64,000 nucleotides of DNA from Meyerozyma guilliermondii. Lineage: Eukaryota. The position numbers were made by a program, and so were the translations under genes. Where the stretch lies: NCBI GenBank assembly GCA_051546255.1, contig CP128820.1:744001-808000 (forward strand), read 5' to 3'. The notes beneath the pieces were generated by a model, which was given only the letters and a program-made list of their open reading frames with translations, was not told the DNA's origin and did not search any database. The first letter of the stretch is position 1. Every line of letters begins with the position of its first letter. This document shows, in pieces, positions 1 to 10,802 of the stretch.

Positions 1-2
1 AC

Positions 3-257
3 GTTGAGCAATTTCGTCCTGAATTGATGGAGGTGACCCATGCTTGGTGCAAGGGAGCTTCTTTCACGCAAATCTGTAAGATGACTGACGTTTATGAGGG
101 TTCACTTATTCGGATGTTCAAGAGACTTGAGGAAATGCTTCGGCAATTGGTGACGGCTGCAAAAACGATTGGAAACCAGGCGTTGCAAGAAAAAATGGAG
201 AAGGCCACGGAAATGGTACACAGGGACATTGTTTCGGCGGGGCTGTTGTATTTGTAG
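3..257 (+). CDS. MTR4: Ski2-like RNA helicase Mtr4, C-terminal fragment (5' truncated by window)
   Basis: DSHCT-type motifs [30 protein letters not shown] and terminal RDIVSAG(CTG=S)LYL*; frame open from position 3. Confidence 0.93.
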   Translation, partial: VEQFRPELMEVTHAWCKGASFTQICKMTDVYEGSLIRMFKRLEEMLRQLVTAAKTIGNQALQEKMEKATEMVHRDIVSAGLLYL

Positions 258-494
258 ATAGAGAACACCTTAATATTGAACATTTACTAATGCATTTGTA
301 AGACAGTGAAAAGAACTAAAGAGAAATGAAGCAGTGTTCTTTGGAAATACTCTTCTCAGGTATTTTTTGAAGCTGACTGGGTAGTACTATTACTGCTGTT
401 CTTGTTCCAAAAGGCCTAAGAAATTGATAATGGCTGCAAATCTGATTTATTTGAATTAATGTTATACGATAACAGTATTAATTAAACTTTTTCA

Positions 495-626
495 TTTGCA
501 GCCATTTTTAACTTGTGCAAAGATGGCACATTTAAGGAACAAATTGATAAAATATACATAATGACCACAATCTGTATCACCTTCTGTTTGTCTTATTGGG
601 TCTTCTAGTGATCTAGTGTACAAGGC
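495..626 (+). repeat. Diverged direct repeat, copy A (left of GH20/acetyltransferase/transporter cassette)
   Basis: TTTGCAGCCATTTTTAACTT identical to 7000-7019, then collinear blocks AAAGATGGCACA, ACCACAwTC, TTATTGrGTCTTCT. Confidence 0.8.
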
Positions 627-1323
627 GGTAGATATTGATATGCGTAATTCCAGTGAAGAGAATCGAATCAGAATGATCGCAAAAAACGCCACATAGAGTC
701 AATTTTGGACAAAAAGTGCCAACAACAACTGAGTAAAGAAATCCAGATTCACGAAGTTCCACTGTGGGCAAACCGTTCATGATTTCTCATCAACATCTCA
801 CGAAACTTTACATTTCCGCTCAGACAAAGAAATGAAACATATAATTTTAGTCTAATGATTTCCGTATGCGCTCCAGTGTCTCTAACAGCACGTTGAATAG
901 CTCCTCACATAGCACTCAGTCTCAAACAGCGACGGGCAGTTTAATATCTTCAAAGAACGAGGCCATTGATATTTCAAACGAGTCTTCCTTTGAAATTTTT
1001 ATCTCGATTCTCTTGCACCTTTTTCTTGAGTATCTACCGTTTCTATTGTTCTGAGAGATTTCAGATCATATACTCTGGTGTACAGATTATATGGCAAACG
1101 ATACTATGTGTTTGGGTCATAAATGGTTAGCTTTTGTCATGAATGGCGTTACTCTCAAAACTAAAAACTCCTAATCGAATTGACCTCATCATATAAAACT
1201 CGACCTAAGTTTGAGGAAAATGTTCTTGAAATTAAAACATGCTCAAGCCACGGTTCTATTTCTGGAGTCATGAAAACCCTCTGTTTCTATGAGCGACTTC
1301 AATTTTATAGACCAGCTATACTA

Positions 1324-2964
1324 TTATATACGGCACTTGTAAGGATTCTGGGAGCAGTATTTTGGTGCAATAGGGCTAGGGCGCTTTCCTTCTGCCACTA
1401 ATTGCTCTCTGAACTGGTGTAAACGAATTCCAAAGTCTTCCAATCTCAACTCGCCGTTTTCATCTTTGTTCCCACTCCAAGCTAGTTCGCCAAGAGCAGC
1501 AGTTCGAGGCCAGATCTTTTGTGTCAACACAAGACTATCCACTTGTTCTGACCACAATGGAGCTTCGTAACCTAGAACATGCTGCTGTTGCGACTTTGTG
1601 AAGTTGGAAAGAATGTCCATAGAATAAATTCTTTGCCATGTTTTGTACGGACCACACCATGAGTCCTTTCCCAAGTAATTCCATTCATAATTGACTTCAT
1701 TATCAACGAACCGCTTGTCGTTAATGAGATACGAAGGTCCAATTCCACAATCCAAGTATAGGAAGGAAGAAGAGGAAATAATCACATCGTAGCCTTTGGA
1801 GGTGAGAACATTGACATTCTCATGTTCATTCCATGACTGGAGAATGATGTCTTTTGGAAGATCACTAGCATTCATGGACGACAATACAATATCTTCCCAC
1901 ATTATTAGTCTTCTCTCCTTCTTGTCTCGGAAAAGAGGAAGAGTCCGAGATAACCAATGATCCACCAACTGATTATACTTTCCAGGATGCTCTTGCAACC
2001 ACATTTTTATAGATTCAGAATGGTTGTAACAGCCGATATTTAGCTCGTCGCTCCCTAGATGAAACATATTGTCAGAAAAAGCCTGCGTGAGCTCTTCATA
2101 GATATCTTTTACAGTTTCGTATGTGCTTTCAACAGTAACATCCAATTGACCTGGGGGAGGTTGCACAGCGGTATCGTCTTCGTACCAGCCTGTATCTCCA
2201 CAAACAACCATGTTTGGATCTACCCTTTTCCATCCAGTTAAAGCATGTCCAGGCATGTCCAACTCGGGGATGACTCGGACTCCACGCTGGCGGGCATACC
2301 AAACCACATACAGCAAGTCCGACTTCATGTATACCTCTGCTTCGGAATACGCATCCTCAATCATTTCAGGGTGGCTGTCCAACTTCAAGGACCATGATTG
2401 CGTGTCAACAAGATGCCAATGGAGTACATTCATCTTACAACTGGCCATAATATCGATCTGTTCCAAGATCGAATCAACGGTCAAAAAGTTTCGGCCACTG
2501 TCAATCATGATTCCCCTGTGAGGATACGCTGGTGTATCTTTTATAGAGACAACGTCTAGCGTGAAAGACGAAGAGATTAATTGCTGGAGTGTAGTGAACG
2601 CATGAAGACCACCCCACACTGTTTTAGCAGAGATATAAACCGAAGAAGACCCGGGAACAACTTCTAAGCTGTAGGATTCATCCACTCCAAACTGAAGTTC
2701 CGTAAACGGGTCTTCAATACGGAGTTGTACTTCTGAGATATGCGGCTTCTCAAAATCAAAAACAACCATTTTGTCACTGGAAATAGAGCTCATCATTCTG
2801 TTGAATGCACTTGTAATTATGAAATTCTCAACGTCAGATATCAATTGACATGTTCGAGAGAACTTTACGCTGGCACCATGATAAATTATCGAGCTTGGAT
2901 AAGGAAGAAGTGCAGTCACACTAGCGATACAAAAAATCTGGCAAATGCAAAATAGGAAATGCAT
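1324..2964 (-). CDS. HEX1: Secreted beta-N-acetylhexosaminidase, GH20 (Hex1-like), ~546 aa
   Basis: PAYPHRGIMIDSGRNF, KMNVLHWHLVDTQSW, GVRVIPELDMPGH, catalytic HLGSDE, LWSEQVD, WPRTAALGELAWS; ATG at 2964 gives a signal-peptide-like MHFLFCICQIFCIASVTA. Orthologue versus paralogue of HEX1 not resolved. Confidence 0.92.
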   Translation of the reverse strand: MHFLFCICQIFCIASVTALLPYPSSIIYHGASVKFSRTCQLISDVENFIITSAFNRMMSSISSDKMVVFDFEKPHISEVQLRIEDPFTELQFGVDESYSLEVVPGSSSVYISAKTVWGGLHAFTTLQQLISSSFTLDVVSIKDTPAYPHRGIMIDSGRNFLTVDSILEQIDIMASCKMNVLHWHLVDTQSWSLKLDSHPEMIEDAYSEAEVYMKSDLLYVVWYARQRGVRVIPELDMPGHALTGWKRVDPNMVVCGDTGWYEDDTAVQPPPGQLDVTVESTYETVKDIYEELTQAFSDNMFHLGSDELNIGCYNHSESIKMWLQEHPGKYNQLVDHWLSRTLPLFRDKKERRLIMWEDIVLSSMNASDLPKDIILQSWNEHENVNVLTSKGYDVIISSSSFLYLDCGIGPSYLINDKRFVDNEVNYEWNYLGKDSWCGPYKTWQRIYSMDILSNFTKSQQQHVLGYEAPLWSEQVDSLVLTQKIWPRTAALGELAWSGNKDENGELRLEDFGIRLHQFREQLVAEGKRPSPIAPKYCSQNPYKCRI

Positions 2965-3678
2965 TATCAAATTCAGAGAAACTAGTGATGTTGAGTATGT
3001 CCTATAATATATTTTTCTTGCATGAATAAGCCCAACTGGAAATCGTTGCTTTGATAAACTTTCTAGAGTAGCTGGATCAAGCAAGAAAAGCTGGGCGATT
3101 TCTGATTGTCAGTCCTTGCCGACTTTTGAATACGAACCTCAGGGTGCCTATCTTACTGTTGCTTATATAAGCGTGCATATGTCAAGTATCTCCCGCTGCA
3201 ACCTGAGATTGTTGCAATCTTGTAGTCATGCAGGAACGCATATACCATTCGGAAACTATTCTTAAATTTTTAATCAAACTTTTTTTCGTTTGCTTAATCT
3301 TACACAAGCAAAATGCGCTCACTTTGGTGTGACGAATAGTTTACTCAAATTTATGGACTATGAAAAGTGAAATCATCAGTAGAACATGGTTGTGTAACGA
3401 GACCAGGACTGTATCTTCGCCTGTTAAATAGTTATCTATAAAATCTATAGTTAGGCTGGCAAAACTTTATCGTGAAAACAGTACAGGTTCGATTATATCT
3501 TCTATAGAACTATATTTCACTTGCTTGACCCAGGAGAACAGGCAACGCAAAATTGGATTTGGGCCACTATTCGCTTGAATTGCGAAATAAACTGGAACTT
3601 GTATTGTGTGTCGGCAAAACTCTATTTATATAGAGACAAATTAGCAGCTCAACAAGAATTCTAGTGATCCATGAAAGA

Positions 3679-4696
3679 TCAAAGTCTTAATCTTAGGTTC
3701 CATTTGGAGCATGCTAACGCACTACCAACTAAGAACATGTCAAACAAGACCAACAAAGCTGCGTTAGCTAAATTTGCAGGCATATACTTGGTCAATAAGT
3801 GCTCTGCCATGTTCCAAATGGATGTTCCAGCTCCATTGTTGAACTTCAAAAGAAGAAAAGTGATCTCACCAATAAAGTATACTTCCAAAGATTGACGGCC
3901 CACTGCTGCTAGAGAGTTAGCAACTATTGCAGGTGCGTAAGCTAGGCATTTTTTGAGAAGCATGCCCTTGAAGATTGATATACTATTGGTGATTAGCACG
4001 AACGAGGGGGTCCATAATGGTTTTGACAATGGCATAAAACGAGGAAAAACCAGCGACAAGAATTTACCAGTTGCATATTGCAATAGCCCTGACAAGATCA
4101 ATGCCTTGTCGGAAAATTTGCTGTTGCCGATATAGTATCCACTCCAGAGCGTTACTGAAGTCATAAGACTTCCCAAAAGTCCTTCTGGATCAAAATTGGG
4201 CTCGTAAGTTCTGCTTCCGAATAGTTTTGAGTCAATTTTTTGTTGTGCGGTCGGTCGAACCTGGCTCGTCAAAAGGATCTTTCTTATTGTCAGCGTAGAA
4301 GATGGAGATTGCGAACCATAATGAGAACATCAATAAGGGATAATACAACGAATTCCTAAGTCTTGCAGGTACCAAATTGTGGAAGATTATCGAACTCAAG
4401 CCATGTCTTTGTAACACACCGAGAAGTCGTAACTTTCCATTATCCATGATAACCAGAGGAGCATTATACATAATGCCGAAACAGATCAACTTGATTCCTC
4501 TCATAATTGGGGCAATTCGACCTCTTTTACTGGTTAAACCAGCGATAAAGGAAAAGCATGGGAATATTGTGTCTCCGTAGTTGACCTTTTTCTCCGTGAA
4601 TTTAGCGTGGCCGAGGACATTCCCCAACACCTCCGTTCCCTCCATTTCTAAAACTGTCAATCCCCTAAATGCATCTAAGAAGACATCCCGCGGCAT
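3679..4696 (-). pseudogene. HGSNAT/NagX-family transmembrane acetyltransferase, frameshifted (~337 aa if repaired)
   Basis: ORF 4232-4696 has LDAFRGLT, LGHA, DTIFPCFSFIAG, RLLGVLQR; ORF 3679-4272 has ID..LFG, FDPEGLLG, PLSKPLWTPSFVL, GRQSLEVY. These are the ordered HGSNAT-family motifs. Removing one CGGT of CGGTCGGT (4248-4255) joins the two frames. Confidence 0.85.
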
Positions 4697-5227
4697 TTTC
4701 TCTAGTCGATAATCTTATGTTTGAATTGCGAAATTGTTTATATTCACTGTTCCGTGATCGTATGCTGAAGTTATTTTTCGCAACAAGAATGAACGTGATC
4801 GAAAAGTCAGATTGCAACATTGCAGTCCTGAAGTCAAGCCTCGGAGTGCAGTGCAACATGCTTCTATCCATAGATTAATCCTTCAGATGAACTGAGCTTG
4901 CATGGAGACCGCCGCATTTGGCAACCACTAAGCCCTCATGCACGATAACGGCTATTTTGGCAACATCGGGAACACGAATTATTGTCCGAGGGCTGCGTGA
5001 TTATGCATGATCGCATGCAGCATGCGTCTGGAACAGCCATGCGGCTTGAATAGCCATCTCAACTGATAGTTATACGAACGCAATCTTTGACCTTCCGAAA
5101 TAAGTGGAACGTTACATCTGAAGAGATCATTGACGATCTTGATAAGGGATTGAAAATTGACAATATTTGAGGGTCTTAAATAGTATGGGTCTTCGGTCAG
5201 TTCTCTCACTAGATAACATTGTTCAAG

Positions 5228-6871
5228 ATGGATTCAAGAGCAAGCACCAGTGTTAATGGTAAAAAGAATTATGAAGTAACTGTAGAAGTGGAGGTCAATG
5301 AAGCGGAGGAACAAATTCTCAATGCTCTTCAGGAGACAGAGAAAGTTGTTGAGAATGACAAGAACCTCAAGGTAATGGAAGCCATAAAGCTCTATCCTAA
5401 GGAGATTTTTTGGTCTTGTGTCTTTTGTATTGGCGTGGTGATGTGTGGCTATGATGCAGCGATTATTACTTCTTTTTATGCTCTCCCAGCATTCCAAAAG
5501 GCTTTTGGTGAACAGGATGCTAACGGGAAGTACTTCATTCTGGCTCCATGGCAGACTGCGCTCGGAATGGGTTCGCCTATTGGTCAAGTTATCGGTACTT
5601 TGGGCATCACCTATCCCTTGGAGTTGTTTGGTAGGAAATGGACATACATGGTTATTTGTTTGGCTAGCGTGGGGCTAGTGTTCATGCAATTTTTTGCGCC
5701 ATCATTAGCTGTTTTAACAGCCGGTGAGATCTTGGCCGGAATTCTTTGGGGTTCTATGGTTTTGATAGGACCTACTTACGCTTCGGAGGTGTCTCATATA
5801 CGACTTCGGGGAATCTTAACCGCAATGAATAATATGGCATTCGTGATAGGTCAATTTATTGCCAGCGGTATGTCTCAAGCTTTTGCAACCAATAGCACTA
5901 AATGGGCTTACAAAATTCAGTTTGCTGTGCAGTGGGTCTGGCCGTTGTTAATTATAGCCATGCTTCCGTTTGCTCCAGAATCGCCATATTGGCTTGTTCG
6001 GAAATCGAGATTTGAGGATGCAAGAAGATCATTGAAAAGTCTCTCGTCCGCAAATACTTCACCAATTGAAATAGAAGATCGGCTAAATGTGATAGCTCAG
6101 ACCGATAGCCTCGAGCGACAATTGGAAAAAACTACTTCCTATTTTGATCTCTTCAGAGGAACCAATTTTATAAGGACAGAAATCTGTTGCATGGTGTATT
6201 CCATTCAAGTATTCTGTGGGGTTCCTTTCGCAACTGGCTATTCTACCTATTTTTTTGAATTAGCGGGAATTTCAACAAGCGTTGCATTCGACTTGACGTT
6301 GGGCTCGTCAGCTATAGGCTTCGTTGGTACTTGCTGTTGTTGGGTTCTCTTATCATATTGTGGAAGAAGACGGTTTTATAATTTTGGCTTGGCCATTACG
6401 ACCGGTTTGTTGTTCGTGATTGGCTTATTAGACTTACCCTCAAATTATACTGCCAAGCCTGGTTTAGCATGGACACAAGCTACAATGATGTTGATTTGGT
6501 CATTTATTTACCAAGTCTCCACGGGGCCGTTGTGCTTTGTCTACATCGGAGAAATTCCATCTACAATTTTAAAGAGTAAAACAATTGCATTCTCAACAGC
6601 AATGCAAGCGTGTTGGTACATTGTGGCTACTATAGCTTTGCCCTATATGTTGATTCCAAATGAAGGTAACATGAGAGGAAAAACTTCATTTGTATTTGGG
6701 GGCATGTCTTTGCTTTGTATGGTATGGTCTTATTTTAGGCTTCCCGAGACTGAAGGCAGAAGCTTTGAAGAGTTGGATATTTTGTTTCACAAAAAGGTCT
6801 CCCCTAGAAAATTCAAAAAGACCCTTTTGTTCGAAAGCGAGAAAGTTGAGGAAGACGATACTCAAGTGTAA
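5228..6871 (+). CDS. MFS sugar porter, Mal11/Agt1 alpha-glucoside permease-like
   Basis: Multi-TM hydrophobic pattern; GYD, FGRK, TYASEV..RLRG, PESPYWLVRK, RTEI, GRRR, LPETEGRSFEELDILF; first ATG 5228. Confidence 0.92.
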   Translation: MDSRASTSVNGKKNYEVTVEVEVNEAEEQILNALQETEKVVENDKNLKVMEAIKLYPKEIFWSCVFCIGVVMCGYDAAIITSFYALPAFQKAFGEQDANGKYFILAPWQTALGMGSPIGQVIGTLGITYPLELFGRKWTYMVICLASVGLVFMQFFAPSLAVLTAGEILAGILWGSMVLIGPTYASEVSHIRLRGILTAMNNMAFVIGQFIASGMSQAFATNSTKWAYKIQFAVQWVWPLLIIAMLPFAPESPYWLVRKSRFEDARRSLKSLSSANTSPIEIEDRLNVIAQTDSLERQLEKTTSYFDLFRGTNFIRTEICCMVYSIQVFCGVPFATGYSTYFFELAGISTSVAFDLTLGSSAIGFVGTCCCWVLLSYCGRRRFYNFGLAITTGLLFVIGLLDLPSNYTAKPGLAWTQATMMLIWSFIYQVSTGPLCFVYIGEIPSTILKSKTIAFSTAMQACWYIVATIALPYMLIPNEGNMRGKTSFVFGGMSLLCMVWSYFRLPETEGRSFEELDILFHKKVSPRKFKKTLLFESEKVEEDDTQV

Positions 6872-6999
6872 CTAGCACGAGAAAGTTACCTCTGCTTTCA
6901 GGGCAGACAGATTTACCTGAGTTTCATCTATTAACACCAGCTGTGCTAAAAAGCGCTATTTTGTTTTTTTTGTTTTTTTAATTCGAATCTGAGAAGAAT

Positions 7000-7135
7000 T
7001 TTGCAGCCATTTTTAACTTTGAAAGATGGCACAGTTCAGGAAAAAAGTGATCAAATACTCACTATATAGTAAACCACATTCGATAGTTACTTGCGTCTGT
7101 TTATTGAGTCTTCTGATTATACTACTTTTCAGGGC
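7000..7135 (+). repeat. Diverged direct repeat, copy B (right of cassette)
   Basis: Collinear with 495-626; first 20 bp identical. Confidence 0.8.
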
Positions 7136-7633
7136 AATGAATTGCATTGCGGCGAGACTCAATTCAAGAAATTTTGAGCTTTATCAGGCTGAGGTAGTTT
7201 TCTCTAAGTAGGCTCATGAAACACCTTGTACGTTTTCATTGACGGATATAGTACGAAGAGCAAAATAAAACCCAGAGCTGATGGAATTGTTGAGGTACTT
7301 CTGCTAGTCCGTCTATCAACAATCAATAAAAAGTTGGGTAGCAAGGAGATAAAAAGTAATAAGCTATTCATGTGGCAATACTAACTAGAGACAGTCACTT
7401 AATTGAATGAAATTCATCTATTGAGCAACAATTGATGATACACCTCAATCGAAACTAACTTTGAATAAGCCAAGAAATTGCAGAAATATGAAAAAATTCA
7501 AACCTTGAGAATAAAATTGTAAAATTTAATTAAGTCATTTAGGTACGAAAACTTACAAATAGTCAACTCGATACTATTCTTTCTCGAAACTTTTTACATA
7601 AAAGACGACAACTGATACTCGTAGGTCAAGCAT

Positions 7634-7782
7634 TCTAGTTTCTGACCTTCGAAGCCGCTTAATAAGACGAGGCTCCGTCTTACATAAGCGAATGACAAGT
7701 TTCCGGAGCGGCGACGAGCCGCTCGACTAAATGTGCTACGATGTCCCTCTATTTCAGCCGAACTCTACCGCCCATACAGCTT
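7634..7782 (+). repeat. Dispersed copy of the 9.3-9.7 kb tandem repeat unit
   Basis: Shares TCTAGTTTCkGACCTT, TAAGACGAGG, CTTACATAA, TTTCCrGAGCGGC and TCAGCCGAACTCTA with 9279-9441. Confidence 0.8.
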
Positions 7783-8389
7783 CCAAACTGATTGCTTTAA
7801 AATTCACCAAGAAGTAACTGAAGAAGTAAGTGAACTTCTCCTCATTAGAGAAACCTTCTTCACCACCTTTCAAACCTAAATTAATTGTACTCTCTACAAC
7901 TGATAAAGAGGTGCGAAAGAAGCTTCAAGTCAAAAGCCAATACTTCAGTGGCATATGATATTCAAGGAGGCCGCTGGAGTTCAAGAGCACTAAGAACTCA
8001 GAGAAGGTACCAAAGGTGGCACAACTGCCATCAACTTCGAGTAGAGTACTCGCAAAATTGGCTGCAAAATTCTGATATTGCCGGTAACTAAAACGTAGTT
8101 AGCCATAATTACTTGAAATTACAAGAAGCGCCGTGATAGAGGCGCTTCATGGTCATGAATCAAGCCGTAAATCCAAGTCTTTCAAAACATAGAGCCCACA
8201 AATAAATTGAGAATGTTAACTTCTTGATAGAGTAGAAAGTAGCCTTATTTTAGGTCTTTGATTTCAATAAAAACAAAGGAACACATCATAATTATCCAAC
8301 TTTCAAGAGCTAAACTAAACACCTAACAAGTTTGAGTCCTGCGAGAGGTCTAAAAAGGTGGAAAAAGGGCATGAATAAAAGTTGGAATG

Positions 8390-8930
8390 TTTCTAGCTTA
8401 AGAGCCATATCTTAAAGGTCGTCCCATCCTCAATCTGAGGGGTCGTCTCATCCTCAATATTTATATGTTTATGAATAAGTCACCGGAGAGTCAAAGTATG
8501 AAGAATTGGAGAAGGCCATTTGAGTAGCAATTTTTGCCTTTAAAACGCACTGACTCGTTCCAGCTCATAGGAGTTATAGTTGGCTAGCAATAGAAAAAGG
8601 TCGTCCCATCCTCAATTTCAAAAGTCGAATTAGCACTTTTGAGACATACCAAACCTCTGGCGCGTGGGACAGTTCCAATCTCGGGTGACGTAGCTCGGTT
8701 TTTCTTACCACAACTTCGCGAAAAGTGGGACAGATAAACAGCAAATCTGTCCCACTTTTCTAGATGCAAGCGCGCGAAATTTTGCAGCCGCGCGCTATAA
8801 TTAAAATTTCCTCCCACTTTTCTCATAGTCATGCTAGCAGCTATTTACACTACAATTACCATTGATTGGGTGACTATTCTTACTAGAGACTAACCTTTGG
8901 TTCATGTCTTTTGCAATATTTCGAAAAATT
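8390..8930 (+). repeat. Long diverged direct repeat, copy 1, with GGTCGTCCCATCCTCAAT motifs and a palindrome
   Basis: Motif at 8417, 8441 (1 mismatch) and 8599; 16-bp perfect inverted repeat 8720-8735/8745-8760; collinear with ~12095-12660 (edges approximate). Confidence 0.85.
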
Positions 8931-9278
8931 GAAAGGTTTTCGGAGAATATGAAACATGGCTCTAACCTTCCACTGGATCGATTGTTAAAAGCATGTTTAC
9001 GAGATCTTGAGCTAAGTAAAAGCTACCTAAAGTAAAAGATCGTAAAAAAGGGGAAGTGCAATGGGATAAAATTGGAAAAGGTTGAATGGACTGGCCGTGA
9101 AAAAACCTCTGTAGCCTAAAAGTAATGAACCTCACATATGCACGTATCTCATTCGAAATCCCTAATAACTAACTTATATAATAAACGCATCGATTACGTT
9201 GGTCCCAGTCTTCCACCGGACCGTGGTTGAGAGTGTTAGATATTGCCTCGCACTATAGTACGAACTTACCGTAATAGA

Positions 9279-9690
9279 TCTAGTTTCGGACCTTGATCTC
9301 TGACTAAGACGAGGGTCAAGCTTACATAATCGACCCCGATTTTGACTAAATGTCAACTTTCCAGAGCGGCAAATCATCGTACAACAGAACGGGCCATATT
9401 GTCCATCTAGGTCAGCCGAACTCTATCGCCCGCTACAATCTTGGCGTTCTCCGATCAAAATTGAGTGTTTTGATCGAGCCGTCGTCGCGGCTAAATGTCA
9501 AGTTTCCGGAGCCGCAAATCATCGTAGAACAAATTTGGACACAATGCCCATCTAGTTCAACCGAGATCTCTAGCCCGCTACAATCTTGGAGCGCTCCGAT
9601 CAATATTGAAAAAATTTGTGTCAAAAGGCCCGTTTTTGGACCTTATGCAGCTTATGTAATCGGCTAAATGTCGACTTTCTGAACCCGTCA
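9279..9690 (+). repeat. Tandem array of 145/173-bp units
   Basis: Units start CTAAATGTC at 9346, 9491 and 9664; units 1 and 2 share GCAAATCATCGTA, CCATCTAG, GCCCGCTACAATCTTGG, CTCCGATCAA. Confidence 0.85.
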
Positions 9691-10802
9691 AACGTCGGGC
9701 GGGGAATCGGTTCAGTGCGCTTTGATGCCCCACATTTCTATTTTAAGGCCGACCCAAAATTGGCGATTTTTTGATTTTTGGCCCGAATTGCACTAGTTTG
9801 AACCAAGTAATTGTTATGTAATACTAAGTCACGATTACCTAAGCATCTCGATATTCTTATGTTGAGGACTTAATGTCAATGTTTTGCAATTGCAGAGGTC
9901 GTTTTCGTCTAATCTTCGTGATTTTCTTGCTGTGTTGTATATCTGCTATTCCTATGCCTTTATTTTGTGTTTGAATTAGAACACTAAAATCAATTCTACA
10001 AAATTTTTCAAAATTGTAAATTGCTATGTATTTCGCTAAGTAAATCAAGTTTCAGCTAGCACGAGAACATTTAGAAGAATCGGCCTAGAGCTCAATGCTA
10101 AATTACAGCTCTGAGGATTCTCGTTAGGTCTTGAGGCTTTAAATTGTGTAAAGTGATTTGTACAATTTTTTTGTCATGGAGAGTATAATTTAAGTTTACG
10201 CACAACCTTTTCCGTGGCGCGCCCATATAACTTAACTAACAAATTTTCGTGACGAAACCGGTGCGCAACACAGGCCGGAGACTCGTATACTAATGTCTTG
10301 ATAAGTATTCGTGTCGGGGTGTCTGGGTTTTTTTGGGTTGCAAGTATTTAGCAAAGTTATAGAGGTTAGTTGCAGCAATTACCACCTAAATCTAACTCTG
10401 CTAACTCCTGTCTCCAGAATTGGCCACTGCCTGTTTCGAGAAGTCGATTTGTTTGTGAAAAGTATTTAAAGTGAGTGGCATTACATAATTGGTATATGTC
10501 AAGATTTGCAGAATAAACAACAATAATCGAATTATGGCGATATTGCCACTAGTGGCATATATTACGAGACGTCTACTTTCACCTTCAGTAATTTCAGCCA
10601 ACTTTAATTTTGTCAAGTTCTCCAGTGGCTGCGAATTTTATGCGAATCTCAAAATTCAAATCGAAATTCTAGTCGCAATTCACGTTTCAATTCAAGTCCA
10701 CTCTTCCAAACATCTCCAAAGGACATCCAGCACTCAATATAAAAGCTTATTGGTACTATAGTTTTGCTCCTGATACCTTACTTTTGATCCAATTTCATTT
10801 CC

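Noticed and set aside
4232..4300. Intron explaining the split acetyltransferase
   Set aside because: No GTAAGT/GTATGT donor or TACTAAC branch nearby; the 4-bp duplication explains it fully
7800..8100. Short protein-like frames in the gap
   Set aside because: Interrupted by stops, no recognisable family
9620..9645. Resemblance of GTCAAAAGGCCCGTTTTTGGACC and the 173-bp period to C. albicans MRS/RPS repeats
   Set aside because: No true SfiI site and the similarity is short and from memory; needs an alignment before any claim
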